Source: Eledone cirrhosa
Lineage: Eukaryota
NCBI GenBank assembly: GCA_964016885.1
Contig: OZ024741.1
Span: 246,016,001 to 246,080,000 of the forward strand
Reading direction: 5' to 3'
DNA: 64,000 bases
The notes beneath the pieces are model-generated. The model made no database searches. It was not told the DNA's origin and saw nothing but the letters and a program-made list of their open reading frames with translations. The translations under genes were made by a program, and so were the position numbers. Below, piece after piece: positions 12,019-26,000 of this stretch. Each line of letters begins with the position of its first letter. The first letter of the stretch is position 1.

Positions 12019-15000
12019 TTGGCTGGTTGGAAATTATCTCCCCTTGGAGGCTGGAACTTATCTCCCCTTGGACGGCTAGAAATTACCTCTCCTTGGACGG
12101 CTGGAAAATATGTCTCCTTGGACGGCTGGATATTATCTCCCCTTGGACGGCTGGAAATTATCTCCCCTTGGACGGCTGGAAATTATCTCCCCTTGGATGG
12201 CTAGATATTACCTCCCCTTGGACGGCTGGAAATTATCTCCCCTTGATTTTTTTAACAAATTATCTCCCCCTGATTTTTTTTACAAATTATCTCCCCCTGA
12301 TTTTTTTTAAAAAATTATCTCCCCCTGATTTTTGTTTACAAATTATCTCCGCCTGATTTTTTTTAACAAATTATCTCCCCTTGGACGGCTGGAAATTATC
12401 TCCCCTTGGACGGCTGGAAATTATATCTCCTTGGACGGCTAGAATTTACCTCTCCTTGGACGGCTGAAAATTATCTCCCCTTGGACGGCTGGAAATTATC
12501 TCCCCTTGATTTTTTTTACAAATTATCTCCCCCTGATTTTTTTTTACAAATTATCTCCCCCTGATTTTTTTTTACAAATTATCTCCCCCTGATTTTTTTT
12601 TACAAATTATCTCCCCCTGATTTTTTTACAAATTATCTCCCCTTGGCTGGCTGGAAATTATCTCCCCTTGGAGGCTGGAACTTATCTCCACTTGGACGGC
12701 TAGAAATTACCTCTCCTTGGACGGCTGGAAAATATGTCTCCTTGGACGGCTGGATATTATCTCCCCTTGGACGGCTGGAAATTATCTCCCCTTGGACGGC
12801 TGGAAATTATCTCCCCTTGGATGGCTAGATATTACCTCCCCTTGGACGGCTGGAAATTATCTCCCCTTGATTTTTTTTACAAATTATCTCCCCCTGATTT
12901 TTTTTTACAAATTATCTCCCCCTGATTTTTTTTTACAAATTATCTCCCCCTGATTTTTGTTTACAAATTATCTCCGCCTGATTTTTTTTTTTAAATTATC
13001 TCCCCTTGGACGGCTGGAAATTATCTCCCCTTGGACGGCTAGAAATTACCTCTCCTTGGACGGCTGAAAATTATCTCCCCTTGGACGGCTGGAAATTATC
13101 TCCCCTTGATTTTTTTACAAATTATCTCCCCCTGATTTTTTTTTTACAAATTATCTCCCCCTGATTTTTTTTTACAAATTATCTACCCCTGATTTTTTTT
13201 TACAAATTATCTCCCCCTGATTTTTTTTTACAAATTATCTACCCCTGATTTTTTTTACAAATTATCTCCCCCTGATTTTTTTTACAAATTATCTCCCCCT
13301 GATTTTTTTTTTACAAATTATCTCCCCCTGATTTTTTTACAAATTATCTCCCCCTGATTTTTTTTACAAATTATCTCCGCCGGATTTTTTTAAATATTAT
13401 CTTCCCTTGGCTTGCGGGAAATTATCTCCCCTTGGACGGCTGAAAATTATCTCCCCTTGGACGGCTGGAAATTATCTCCCCTTGATTTTTTTTACAAATT
13501 ATCTCCCCCTGATTTTTTTTTACAAATTATCTCCCCCTGATTTTTTTTACAAATTATCTCCCCCTGATTTTTTTTACAAATTATCTCCCCCTGATTTTTT
13601 TTACAAATTATCTCCCCCTGATTTTTTTTTACAAATTATCTCCCCCTGATTTTTTTACAAATTATCTCCCCCTGATTTTTTTTACAAATTATCTCCGCCT
13701 GATTTTTTAAAATATTATCTTCCCTTGGCTGGCGGGAAATTATCTCCCCTGGACGGCTGGAAATTATCTGCCCTTGATTTTCTTTTTACAAATTAACTTC
13801 CACTGATTTTTTTTACAAATTATCTCCACCTGATTTTTTTAAAAATTATCTCCCCTTGGAAGGCTGGAAATTATCTCCCCTTGGCTGGAAATTATCTCCC
13901 CTTGGACGGCTAGAAATTATCTCTCTTTGGACGGCTGGAAATTATCACCCCTTGAGTTTTTTACAAATTATCTCCCCCTGATTTTTTTTACAAATCTCCC
14001 AGTGATTTTTAAAAAAAAATTATCTTCCCTTCGCTGGCTGGAAATTATCTCCCCTTGGACGCTGGAAATTATAGCCCCTTGGAGGGCTGGAAATTATCTT
14101 CCCTTGGACGGCTGGAAATTACCTCCCCTTGATTTTTTTTACAAATTATCTCCCCCTGATTTTTTTTTACAAATTATCTCCCCCTGATTTTTTTTTACAA
14201 CTTATCTGCGCCTGATTTTTTTAAAAAAATTATCTCCCCTTGGACGGCTGGAAATTATCTCCCTTTGGACGGCTGGAAATTATCTCTCCTTGGACGGCTA
14301 GAATTTACCTCTCCTTGGACGGCTGAAAATTATCTCCCCTTGGACGGCTGGAAATTATCTCCCCTTGATTTTTTTTACAAATTATCTCCCCCTGATTTTT
14401 TTTTACAAATTATCTCCCCCTGATTTTTTTACAAATTATCTCCCACTGATTTTTTTTACAAATTATCTCCGCCTGATTTTTTTAAATATTATCTCTCCTT
14501 GGCTGGCGGGAAATTATCTCCCCTTGGACGGCTGGAAATTATCTCCCCTTGGAAGGATGGAAATTATCTCCCCTTGGACGGCTGGAAATTATCTACCCCT
14601 GATTTTTTTTACAAATTATCTCCCCCTGATTTTTTTTACAAATTATCTCCCCCTGATTTTTTTTACAAATTATCTACCCCTGATTTTTTTTACAAATTAT
14701 CTCCCCCTGATTTTTTTTTACAAATTATCTCCCCCTGATTTTTTTTACAAATTATCTACCCCTGATTTTTTTACAAATTATCTCCCCCTGATTTTTTTTA
14801 CAATCTCCGCCTGATTTTTTTAAAAATTGTCTTCCCTTGGCTGGCTGGAAATTATCTCCCCTTGGACACTGGAAATTATCTCCCCTTGGACACTGGAAAT
14901 TATAGCCCCTTGGAGGGCTGGAAATTATCTTCCCTTGGACGGCTGGAAATTATCTCCCCTTGATTTTTTTTACAAATTATCTCCGCCTGATTTTTTTTTA

Positions 15001-17164
15001 CAAATTATCTCCCCCTGATTTTTTTTTACAAATTATCTACCCCTGATTTTTTTTTACAAATTATCTCCCCCTGATTTTTTTTACAAATTATCTCCCCCTG
15101 ATTTTTCTTTTACAAATTATCTCCCCCTGATTTTTTTACAAATTATCTCCCCCTGATTTTTTTTACAAATTATCTCCGCCTGATTTTTTTAAATATTATC
15201 TTCCCTTGGCTGGCGGGAAATTATCTCCCCTTGGACGGCTGGAAATTATCTGCCCTTGATTTTCTTTTTACAAATTATCTTCCACTGATTTTTTTTACAA
15301 ATTATCTCCACCTGATTTTTTAAAAAATTATCTCCCCTTGGAAGGCTGGAAATTATCTCCCCTTGGACGGCTGGAAATTATCTCCCCTTGGACGGCTAGA
15401 AATTATCTCTCCTTGGACGGCTGAAAATTATCTCCCCTTGGACGGCTGCAAATTATCTCCCCTTGATTTTTTTTACAAATTATCTCCCCCTGATTTTTTT
15501 TACAAATTATCTCCCCCTGATTTTTTTACAAATTATCTACCCCTGATTTTTTTTACAAATTATCTCCCCCTGATTTTTTTTTACAAATTATCTCCCCCTG
15601 ATTTTTTTTTACAAATTATCTCCCCCTGATTTTTTTTTTACAAATTATCTCCCCCTGATTTTTTTACAAATTATCTCCCCCTGATTTTTTTTACAATCTC
15701 CGCCTGATTTTTTTAAAAATTATCTTCCCTTGGCTGGCGGGAAATTATCTCCCCTTGGACGGCTGGAAATTATCTCCCCTTGGAAGGATGGAAATTATCT
15801 CCCCTTGGACGGCTGGAAATTATCTCCCCTTGCACGGCTGGAAATTATCTCCCCTTGGCTGGAAATTATCTCCCCTTGGACGGCTAGAAATTATCTCTCT
15901 TTGGACGGCTGGAAATTATCTCCCTTTGATTTTTTTTACAAATTATCTCCCTCTGATTTTTTTTACAAATCTCCCCCTGATTTTTTTAAAAAAATTATCT
16001 CCCCTTCGCTGGCTGGAAATTATCTTCCCTTGGACGGCTGGAAATTATCTCCCCTTGATTTTTTTTACAAATTATCTCCGCCTGATTTTTTTTTTAAATT
16101 ATCTCTCCTTGGACGGCTGGAAATTATCTCCCCTTGATTTTTTTTACAAATAATCTCCCCCTGATTTTTTTTTATAAATTATCTCCCCCTGATTTTTTTT
16201 TACAAATTATCTACCCCTGATTTTTTTTTACAAATTATCTCCCCCTGATTTTTTTTACAAATTATCTCCCCCTGATTTTTCCTTTACAAATTATCTCCCC
16301 CTGATTTTTTTACAAATTATCTCCCCCTGATTTTTTTTACAAATTGTCTCCGCCTGATTTTTTTAAATATTATCTTCCCTTGGCTGGCGGGAAATTACCT
16401 CCCCTTGGACGGCTGGAAATTATCTGCCCTTGATTTTCTTTTTACAAATTATCTTCCACTGATTTTTTTTACAAATTATCTCCACCTGATTTTTTAAAAA
16501 ATTATCTCCCCTTGGAAGGCTGGAAATTATCTCCCCTTGGACGGCTAGAAATTATCTCTCTTTGGACGGCTGGAAATTATCACCCCTTGAGTTTTTTACA
16601 AATTATCTCCCCCTGATTTTTTTTACAAATCTCCCAGTGATTTTTTAAAAAAAATTATCTCCCCTTCGCTGGCTGGAAATTATCTCCCCTTGGACGCTGG
16701 AAATTATAGCCCCTTGGAGGGCTGGAAATTATCTTCCCTTGGACGGCTGGAAATTATCTCCCCTTGATTTTTTTTACAAATTATCTCCCCCTGATTTTTT
16801 TTTACAAATTATCTCCCCCTGATGTTTTTTTACAACTTATCTGCGCCTGATTTTTTTAAAAAAATTATCTCCCCTTGGACGGCTGGAAATTATCTCCCCT
16901 TGGACGGCTGGAAATTATCTCTCCTTGGACGGCTAGAATTTACCTCTCCTTGGACGGCTGAAAATTATCTCCCCTTGAACGGCTGGAAATTATCTCCCCT
17001 TGATTTTTTTTACAAATTATCTCCCCCTTTTTTTTTTTTACAAATTATCTCCCCCTGATTTTTTTTTACAAATTATCTCCCCCTGATTTTTTTTTACAAA
17101 TTATCTCCCCCTGATTTTTTTTACAAATTATCTCCCCCCTGATTTTTTTACAAATTATCTCCCC
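12019..17164 (+). repeat. ~5.1-kb higher-order unit (5,146 bp here)
   Basis: The A9 block (mostly the GGCTGGTTGG variant) and the modules after it recur at 12019->17165 (5,146), 41456->46521 (5,065) and 25039->30133 (5,094). Also 13407->18553 (5,146). Confidence 0.8.
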
Positions 17165-19785
17165 TTGGCTGGTTGGAAATTATCTCCCCTTGGAGGCTGG
17201 AACTTATCTCCCCTTGGACGGCTAGAAATTACCTCTCCTTGGACGGCTGGAAAATATGTCTCCTTGGACGGCTGGATATTATCTCCCCTTGGACGGCTGG
17301 AAATTATCTCCCCTTGGACGGCTGGAAATTATCTCCCCTTGGATGGCTAGATATTACCTCCCCTTGGACGGCTGGAAATTATCTCCCCTTGATTTTTTTA
17401 ACAAATTATCTCGCCCTGATTTTTTTTACAAATTATCTCCCCCTGATTTTTTTAAAAAAATTATCTCCCCCTGATTTTTGTTTACAAATTATCTCCGCCT
17501 GATTTTTTTTAACAAATTATCTCCCCTTGGACGGCTGGAAATTATCTCCCCTTGGACGGCTGGAAATTATATCTCCTTGGACGGCTAGAATTTACCTCTC
17601 CTTGGACGGCTGAAAATTATCTCCCCTTGGACGGCTGGAAATTATCTCCCCTTGATTTTTTTTACAAATTATCTCCCCCTGATTTTTTTTTACAAATTAT
17701 CTCCCCCTGATTTTTTTTTACAAATTATCTCCCCCTGATTTTTTTTTACAAATTATCTCCCCCTGATTTTTTTACAAATTATCTCCCCTTGGCTGGCTGG
17801 AAATTATCTCCCCTTGGAGGCTGGAACTTATCTCCACTTGGACGGCTAGAAATTACCTCTCCTTGGACGGCTGGAAAATATGTCTCCTTGGACGGCTGGA
17901 TATTATCTCCCCTTGGACGGCTGGAAATTATCTCCCCTTGGACGGCTGGAAATTATCTCCCCTTGGATGGCTAGATATTACCTCCCCTTGGACGGCTGGA
18001 AATTATCTCCCCTTGATTTTTTTTACAAATTATCTCCCCCTGATTTTTTTTTACAAATTATCTCCCCCTGATTTTTTTTTACAAATTATCTCCCCCTGAT
18101 TTTTGTTTACAAATTATCTCCGCCTGATTTTTTTTTTAAAATTATCTCCCCTTGGACGGCTGGAAATTATCTCCCCTTGGACGGCTAGAAATTACCTCTC
18201 CTTGGACGGCTGAAAATTATCTCCCCTTGGACGGCTGGAAATTATCTCCCCTTGATTTTTTTACAAATTATCTCCCCTTGATTTTTTTTTTACAAATTAT
18301 CTCCCCCTGATTTTTTTTTACAAATTATCTACCCCTGATTTTTTTTTACAAATTATCTCCCCCTGATTTTTTTTTACAAATTATCTACCCCTGATTTTTT
18401 TTACAAATTATCTCCCCCTGATTTTTTTTACAAATTATCTCCCCCTGATTTTTTTTTTACAAATTATCTCCCCCTGATTTTTTTACAAATTATCTCCCCC
18501 TGATTTTTTTTACAAATTATCTCCGCCGGATTTTTTTAAATATTATCTTCCCTTGGCTTGCGGGAAATTATCTCCCCTTGGACGGCTGAAAATTATCTCC
18601 CCTTGGACGGCTGGAAATTATCTCCCCTTGATTTTTTTTACAAATTATCTCCCCCTGATTTTTTTTTACAAATTATCTCCCCCTGATTTTTTTTACAAAT
18701 TATCTCCCCCTGATTTTTTTTTACAAATTATCTCCCCCTGATTTTTTTTACAAATTATCTCCCCCTGATTTTTTTTACAAATTATCTCCCCCTGATTTTT
18801 TTTTACAAATTATCTCCCCCTGATTTTTTTACAAATTATCTCCCCCTGATTTTTTTTACAAATTATCTCCGCCTGATTTTTTAAAATATTATCTTCCCTT
18901 GGCTGGCGGGAAATTATCTCCCCTTGGACGGCTGGAAATTATCTGCCCTTGATTTTCTTTTTACAAATTAACTTCCACTGATTTTTTTTACAAATTATCT
19001 CCACCTGATTTTTTTTAAAATTATCTCCCCTTGGAAGGCTGGAAATTATCTCCCCTTGGCTGGAAATTATCGCCCCTTGGACGGCTAGAAATTATCTCTC
19101 TTTGGACGGCTGGAAATTATCACCCCTTGAGTTTTTTACAAATTATCTCCCCCTGATTTTTTTTACAAATCTCCCAGTGATTTTTAAAAAAAAATTATCT
19201 TCCCTTCGCTGGCTGGAAATTATCTCCCCTTGGACGCTGGAAATTATAGCCCCTTGGAGGGCTGGAAATTATCTTCCCTTGGACGGCTGGAAATTATCTC
19301 CCCTTGATTTTTTTTACAAATTATCTCCCCCTGATTTTTGTTTACAAATTATCCCCCCCTGATTTTTTTTTACAACTTATCTGCGCCTGATTTTTTTAAA
19401 AAAATTATCTCCCCTTGGACGGCTGGAAATTATCTCCCCTTGGACGGCTGGAAATTATCTCTCCTTGGACGGCTAGAATTTACCTCTCCTTGGACGGCTG
19501 AAAATTATCTCCCCTTGGACGGCTGGAAATTATCTCCCCTTGATTTTTTTTACAAATTATCTCCCCCTGATTTTTTTTTACAAATTATCTCCCCCTGATT
19601 TTTTTTACAAATTATCTCCCCCTGATTTTTTTTTACAAATTATCTCCCCCTGATTTTTTTTTACAAATTATCTCCCCCTGATTTTTTTTTACAAATTATC
19701 TCCCCCTGATTTTTTTTTACAAATTATCTCCGCCTGATTTTTTTTAAAAATTACCTCCCCTTGGACGGCTGGAAATTATCTCCCC

Positions 19786-22220
19786 TTGGACGGCTGGAAA
19801 TTATCTCCCCTTGGACGGCTAGAAATTATCTCTCCTTGGACGGCTGAAAATTATCTCCCCTTGGACGGCTGCAAATTATCTCCACTTGATTTTTTTTACA
19901 AATTATCTCCCCCTGATTTTTTTTACAAATTATCTCCCCCTGATTTTTTTTACAAATTATCTACCCCTGATTTTTTTTACAAATTATCTCCCCCTGATTT
20001 TTTTTTACAAATTATCTCCCCCTGATTTTTTTTTACAAATTATCTCCCCCTGATTTTTCTTTTACAAATTATCTCCCCCTGATTTTTTTACAAAGTATCT
20101 CCCCCTGATTTTTTTTACAATCTCCGCCTGATTTTTTTAAAAATTATCTTCCCTTGGCTGGCGGGAAATTATCTCCCCTTGGACGGCTGGAAATTATCTC
20201 CCCTTGGAAGGATGGAAATTATCTCCCCTTGGACGGCTGGAAATTATCTCCCCTTGCACGGCTGGAAATTATCTCCCCTTGGACGGATAGATATTACCTC
20301 CCCTTGGACGGCTGGAAATTATCTCCCCTTGATTTTTTTACAAATTATCTCCCCCTGATTTATTTTACAAATCTCCCAATGATTTTTAAAAAAAAATTAT
20401 CTCCCCTTCGCTGGCTGGAAATTATCTCCCCTTGGACGCTGGAAATTATAGCCCCTTGGAGGGCTGGAAATTATCTTCCCTTGGACGGCTGGAAATTATC
20501 TCCCCTTGATTTTTTTTACAAATTATCTCCCCCTGATTTTTTTTACAAATTATCTCCCCCTGATTTTTTTTACAAATTATCTACCCCTGATTTTTTTTAC
20601 AAATTATCTCCCCCTGATTTTTTTTTACAAATTATCTCCCCCTGATTTTTTTTTACAAATTATCTCCCCCTGATTTTTTTACAAATTATCTCCCCCTGAT
20701 TTTTTTTTACAATCTCCGCCTGATTTTTTTAAAAATTATCTTCCCTTGGCTGGCTGGAAATTATCTCCCCTTGGACACTGGAAATTATAGCCCCTTGGAG
20801 GGCTGGAAATTATCTTCCCTTGGACGGCTGGAAATTATCTCCCCTTGATTTTTTTTACAAATTAACTCCGCCTGATTTTTTTTTACAAATTATCTCCCCC
20901 TGATTTTTTTTTACAAATTATCTACCCCTGATTTTTTTTTACAAATTATCTCCCCCTGATTTTTTTTACAAATTATCTCCCCCTGATTTTTCTTTTACAA
21001 ATTATCTCCCCCTGATTTTTTTACAAATTATCTCCCCCTGATTTTTTTTACAAATTATCTCCGCCTGATTTTTTTAAATATTATCTTCCCTTGGCTGGCG
21101 GGAAATTATCTCCCCTTGAACGGCTGGAAATTATCTGCCCTTGATTTTCTTTTTACAAATTATCTTCCACTGATTTTTTTTACAAATTATCTCCACCTGA
21201 TTTTTTAAAAAATTATCTCCCCTTGGAAGGCTGGAAATTATCTCCCCTTGGACGGCTGGAAATTATCTCCCCTTGGACGGCTAGAAATTATCTCTCCTTG
21301 GACGGCTGAAAATTATCTCCCCTTGGACGGCTGCAAATTATCTCCCCTTGATTTTTTTTACAAATTATCTCCCCCTGATTTTTTTTTACAAATTATCTCC
21401 CCCTGATTTTTTTTTACAAATTATCTCCCCCTGATTTTTTTTTACAAATTATCTCCCCCTGATTTTTTTTTACAAATTATCTCCCCCTGATTTTTTTTTA
21501 CAAATTATCTCCCCCTGATTTTTTTTTACAAATTATCTCCGCCTGATTTTTTTTAAAAATTACCTCCCCTTGGACGGCTGGAAATTATCTCCCCTTGGAC
21601 GGCTGGAAATTATCTCCCCTTGGACGGCTAGAAATTATCTCTCCTTGGACGGCTGAAAATTATCTCCCCTTGGACGGCTGCAAATTATCTCCACTTGATT
21701 TTTTTTACAAATTATCTCCCCCTGATTTTTTTTACAAATTATCTCCCCCTGATTTTTTTTACAAATTATCTACCCCTGATTTTTTTTACAAATTATCTCC
21801 CCCTGATTTTTTTTTACAAATTATCTCCCCCTGATTTTTTTTTACAAATTATCTCCCCCTGATTTTTCTTTTACAAATTATCTCCCCCTGATTTTTTTAC
21901 AAAGTATCTCCCCCTGATTTTTTTTACAATCTCCGCCTGATTTTTTTAAAAATTATCTTCCCTTGGCTGGCGGGAAATTATCTCCCCTTGGACGGCTGGA
22001 AATTATCTCCCCTTGGAAGGATGGAAATTATCTCCCCTTGGACGGCTGGAAATTATCTCCCCTTGCACGGCTGGAAATTATCTCCCCTTGGCTGGAAATT
22101 ATCTCCCCTTGGACGGCTAGAAATTATCTCTCTTTGGACGGCTGGAAATTATCTCCCTTTGATTTTTTTTACAAATTATCTCCCTCTGATTTTTTTTACA
22201 AATCTCCCCCTGATTTTTTA
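19786..22220 (+). repeat. 1,809-bp internal repeat (about 1.3 copies)
   Basis: Markers 19786/21595 and 20154/21963. Shared variants GGCTGCAAATTATCTCCACTT and ACAAAGTAT. Confidence 0.7.
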
Positions 22221-23079
22221 AAAAAAATTATCTCCCCTTCGCTGGCTGGAAATTATCTTCCCTTGGACGGCTGGAAATTATCTCACCTTGATTTTTTTTA
22301 CAAATTATCTCCGCCTGATTTTTTTTTTAAATTATCTCTCCTTGGACGGCTGGAAATTATCTCCCCTTGATTTTTTTTACAAATAATCTCCCCCTGATTT
22401 TTTTTTATAAATTATCTCCCCCTGATTTTTTTTTACAAATTATCTACCCCTGATTTTTTTTTACAAATTATCTCCCCCTGATTTTTTTTACAAATTATCT
22501 CCCCCTGATTTTTCTTTTACAAATTATCTCCCCCTGATTTTTTTACAAATTATCTCCCCCTGATTTTTTTTACAAATTGTCTCCGCCTGATTTTTTTAAA
22601 TATTATCTTCCCTTGGCTGGCGGGAAATTACCTCCCCTTGGACGGCTGGAAATTATCTGCCCTTGATTTTCTTTTTACAAATTATCTTCCACTGATTTTT
22701 TTTACAAATTATCTCCACCTGATTTTTTAAAAAATTATCTCCCCTTGGAAGGCTGGAAATTATCTCCCCTTGGCTGGAAATTATCTCCCCTTGGACGGCT
22801 AGAAATTATCTCTCTTTGGACGGCTGGAAATTATCACCCCTTGATTTTTTAACAAATTATCTCCCCCTGATTTTTTTTACAAATCTCCCAGTGATTTTTA
22901 AAAAAAAATTATCTCCCCTTCGCTGGCTGGAAATTATCTCCCCTTGGACGCTGGAAATTATAGCCCCTTGGAGGGCTGGAAATTATCTTCCCTTGGACGG
23001 CCGGAAATTATCTCCCCTTGATTTTTTTTACAAATTATCTCCCCCTGATTTTTTTTTACAAATTATCTCCCCCTGATTT

Positions 23080-26000
23080 TTTTTTACAACTTATCTGCGC
23101 CTGATTTTTTTAAAAAAATTATCTCCCCTTGGACGGCTGGAAATTATCTCCCCTTGGACGGCTGGAAATTATCTCTCCTTGGACGGCTAGAATTTACCTC
23201 TCCTTGGACGGCTGAAAATTATCTCCCCTTGGACGGCTGGAAATTATCTCCCCTTGATTTTTTTTACAAATTATCTCCCCCTTTTTTTTTTTTACAAATT
23301 ATCTCCCCCTGATTTTTTTTTACAAATTATCTCCCCCTGATTTTTTTTTACAAATTATCTCCCCCTGATTTTTTTTACAAATTATCTCCCCCCTGATTTT
23401 TTTACAAATTATCTCCCCTTGGCTGGCTGGAAATTATCTCCCCTTGGAGGCTGGAACTTATCTCCCCTTGGACGGCTAGAAATTACCTCTCCTTGGACGG
23501 CTGGAAAATATGTCTCCTTGGACGGCTGGATATTATCTCCCCTTGGACGGCTGGAAATTATCTCCCCTTGGACGGCTGGAAATTATCTCCCCTTGGATGG
23601 CTAGATATTACCTCCCCTTGGACGGCTGGAAATTATCTCCCCTTGATTTTTTTAACAAATTATCTCCCCCTGATTTTTTTTTACAAATGATCTCCCCCTG
23701 ATTTTTTTTAAAAAATTATCTCCCCCTGATTTTTGTTTACAAATTATCTCCGCCTGATTTTTTTTAACAAATTATCTCCCCTTGGACGGCTGGAAATTAT
23801 CTCCCCTTGGACGGCTGGAAATTATATCTCCTTGGACGGCTAGAATTTACCTCTCCTTGGACGGCTGAAAATTATCTCCCCTTGGACGGCTGGAAATTAT
23901 CTCCCCTTGATTTTTTTTACAAATCATCTCCCCCTGATTTTTTTTTACAAATTATCTCCCCCTGATTTTTTTTACAAATTATCTCCCCCTGATTTTTTTT
24001 TACAAATTATCTCCCCCTGATTTTTTTACAAATTATCTCCCCTTGGCTGGCTGGAAATTATCTCCCCTTGGAGGCTGGAACTTATCTCCCCTTGGACGGC
24101 TAGAAATTACCTCTCCTTGGACGGCTGGAAAATATGTCTCCTTGGACGGCTGGATATTATCTCCCCTTGGACGGCTGGAAATTATCTCCCCTTGGACGGC
24201 TGGAAATTATCTCCCCTTGGATGGCTAGATATTACCTCCCCTTGAACGGCTGGAAATTATCTCCCCTTGATTTTTTTTACAAATTATCTCCCCCTGATTT
24301 TTTTTTACAAATTATCTCCCCCTGATTTTTTTTTACAAATTATCTCCCCCTGATTTTTGTTTACAAATTATCTCCGCCTGATTTTTTTTTAAAAATTATC
24401 TCCCCTTGGACGGCTGGAAATTATCTCTCCTTGGATGGCTAGATATTACCTCCCCTTGGACGGCTGGAAATTATCTCCCCTTGATCTTTTTACAAATTAT
24501 CTCCCCCTGATTTTTTTTTTACAAATTATCTCCCCCTGATTTTTTTTTACAAATTATCTACCCCTGATTTTTTTTTACAAATTATCTCCCCCTGATTTTT
24601 TTTACAAATTATCTCCCCCTGATTTTTTTTTTACAAATTATCTCCCCCTGATTTTTTTACAAATTATCTCCCACTGATTTTTTTTACAAATTATCTCCGC
24701 CTGATTTTTTTAAATATTATCTCTCCTTGGCTGGCGGGAAATTATCTCCCCTTGGACGGCTGGAAATTATCTCCCCTTGGAAGGATGGAAATTATCTCCC
24801 CTTGGACGGCTGGAAATTATCTCTCCTTGGACGGCTAGAATTTACCTCTCCTTGGACGGCTGAAAATTATCTCCCCTTGAACGGCTGGAAATTATCTCCC
24901 CTTGATTTTTTTTACAAATTATCTCCCCCTTTTTTTTTTTTACAAATTATCTCCCCCTGATTTTTTTTTACAAATTATCTCCCCCTGATTTTTTTTACAA
25001 ATTATCTCCCCCCTGATTTTTTTACAAATTATCTCCCCTTGGCTGGTTGGAAATTATCTCCCCTTGGAGGCTGGAACTTATCTCCCCTTGGACGGCTAGA
25101 AATTACCTCTCCTTGGACGGCTGGAAAATATGTCTCCTTGGACGGCTGGATATTATCTCCCCTTGGACGGCTGGAAATTATCTCCCCTTGGACGGCTGGA
25201 AATTATCTCCCCTTGGATGGCTAGATATTACCTCCCCTTGGACGGCTGGAAATTATCTCCCCTTGATTTTTTTAACAAATTATCTCCCCCTGATTTTTTT
25301 TACAAATTATCTCCCCCTGATTTTTTTTAAAAAATTATCTCCCCCTGATTTTTGTTTACAAATTATCTCCGCCTGATTTTTTTTAACAAATTATCTCCCC
25401 TTGGACGGCTGGAAATTATCTCCCCTTGGACGGCTGGAAATTATATCTCCTTGGACGGCTAGAATTTACCTCTCCTTGGACGGCTGAAAATTATCTCCCC
25501 TTGGACGGCTGGAAATTATCTCCCCTTGATTTTTTTTACAAATTATCTCCCCCTGATTTTTTTTTACAAATTATCTCCCCCTGATTTTTTTTTACAAATT
25601 ATCTCCCCCTGATTTTTTTTTACAAATTATCTCCCCCTGATTTTTTTACAAATTATCTCCCCTTGGCTGGCTGGAAATTATCTCCCCTTGGAGGCTGGAA
25701 CTTATCTCCACTTGGACGGCTAGAAATTACCTCTCCTTGGACGGCTGGAAAATATGTCTCCTTGGACGGCTGGATATTATCTCCCCTTGGACGGCTGGAA
25801 ATTATCTCCCCTTGGACGGCTGGAAATTATCTCCCCTTGGATGGCTAGATATTACCTCCCCTTGGACGGCTGGAAATTATCTCCCCTTGATTTTTTTTAC
25901 AAATTATCTCCCCCTGATTTTTTTTTACAAATTATCTCCCCCTGATTTTTTTTTACAAATTATCTCCCCCTGATTTTTGTTTACAAATTATCTCCGCCTG

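Larger units (their letters stand above)
11400..24420 (+). repeat. ~13-kb segment, first copy of a dispersed duplication (second copy ~40840-55240)
   Basis: Collinear ORF markers 11679/41116, 12019/41456, 13407/42788, 15363/44720, 17165/46521, 17789/47117, 19102/48430, 20154/49538, 21963/52781, 23419/54236. Shared rare variants TCTCGCCCT, TATCGCCCC, TCTCACCTT and GGACGGCCGG. Confidence 0.85.
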
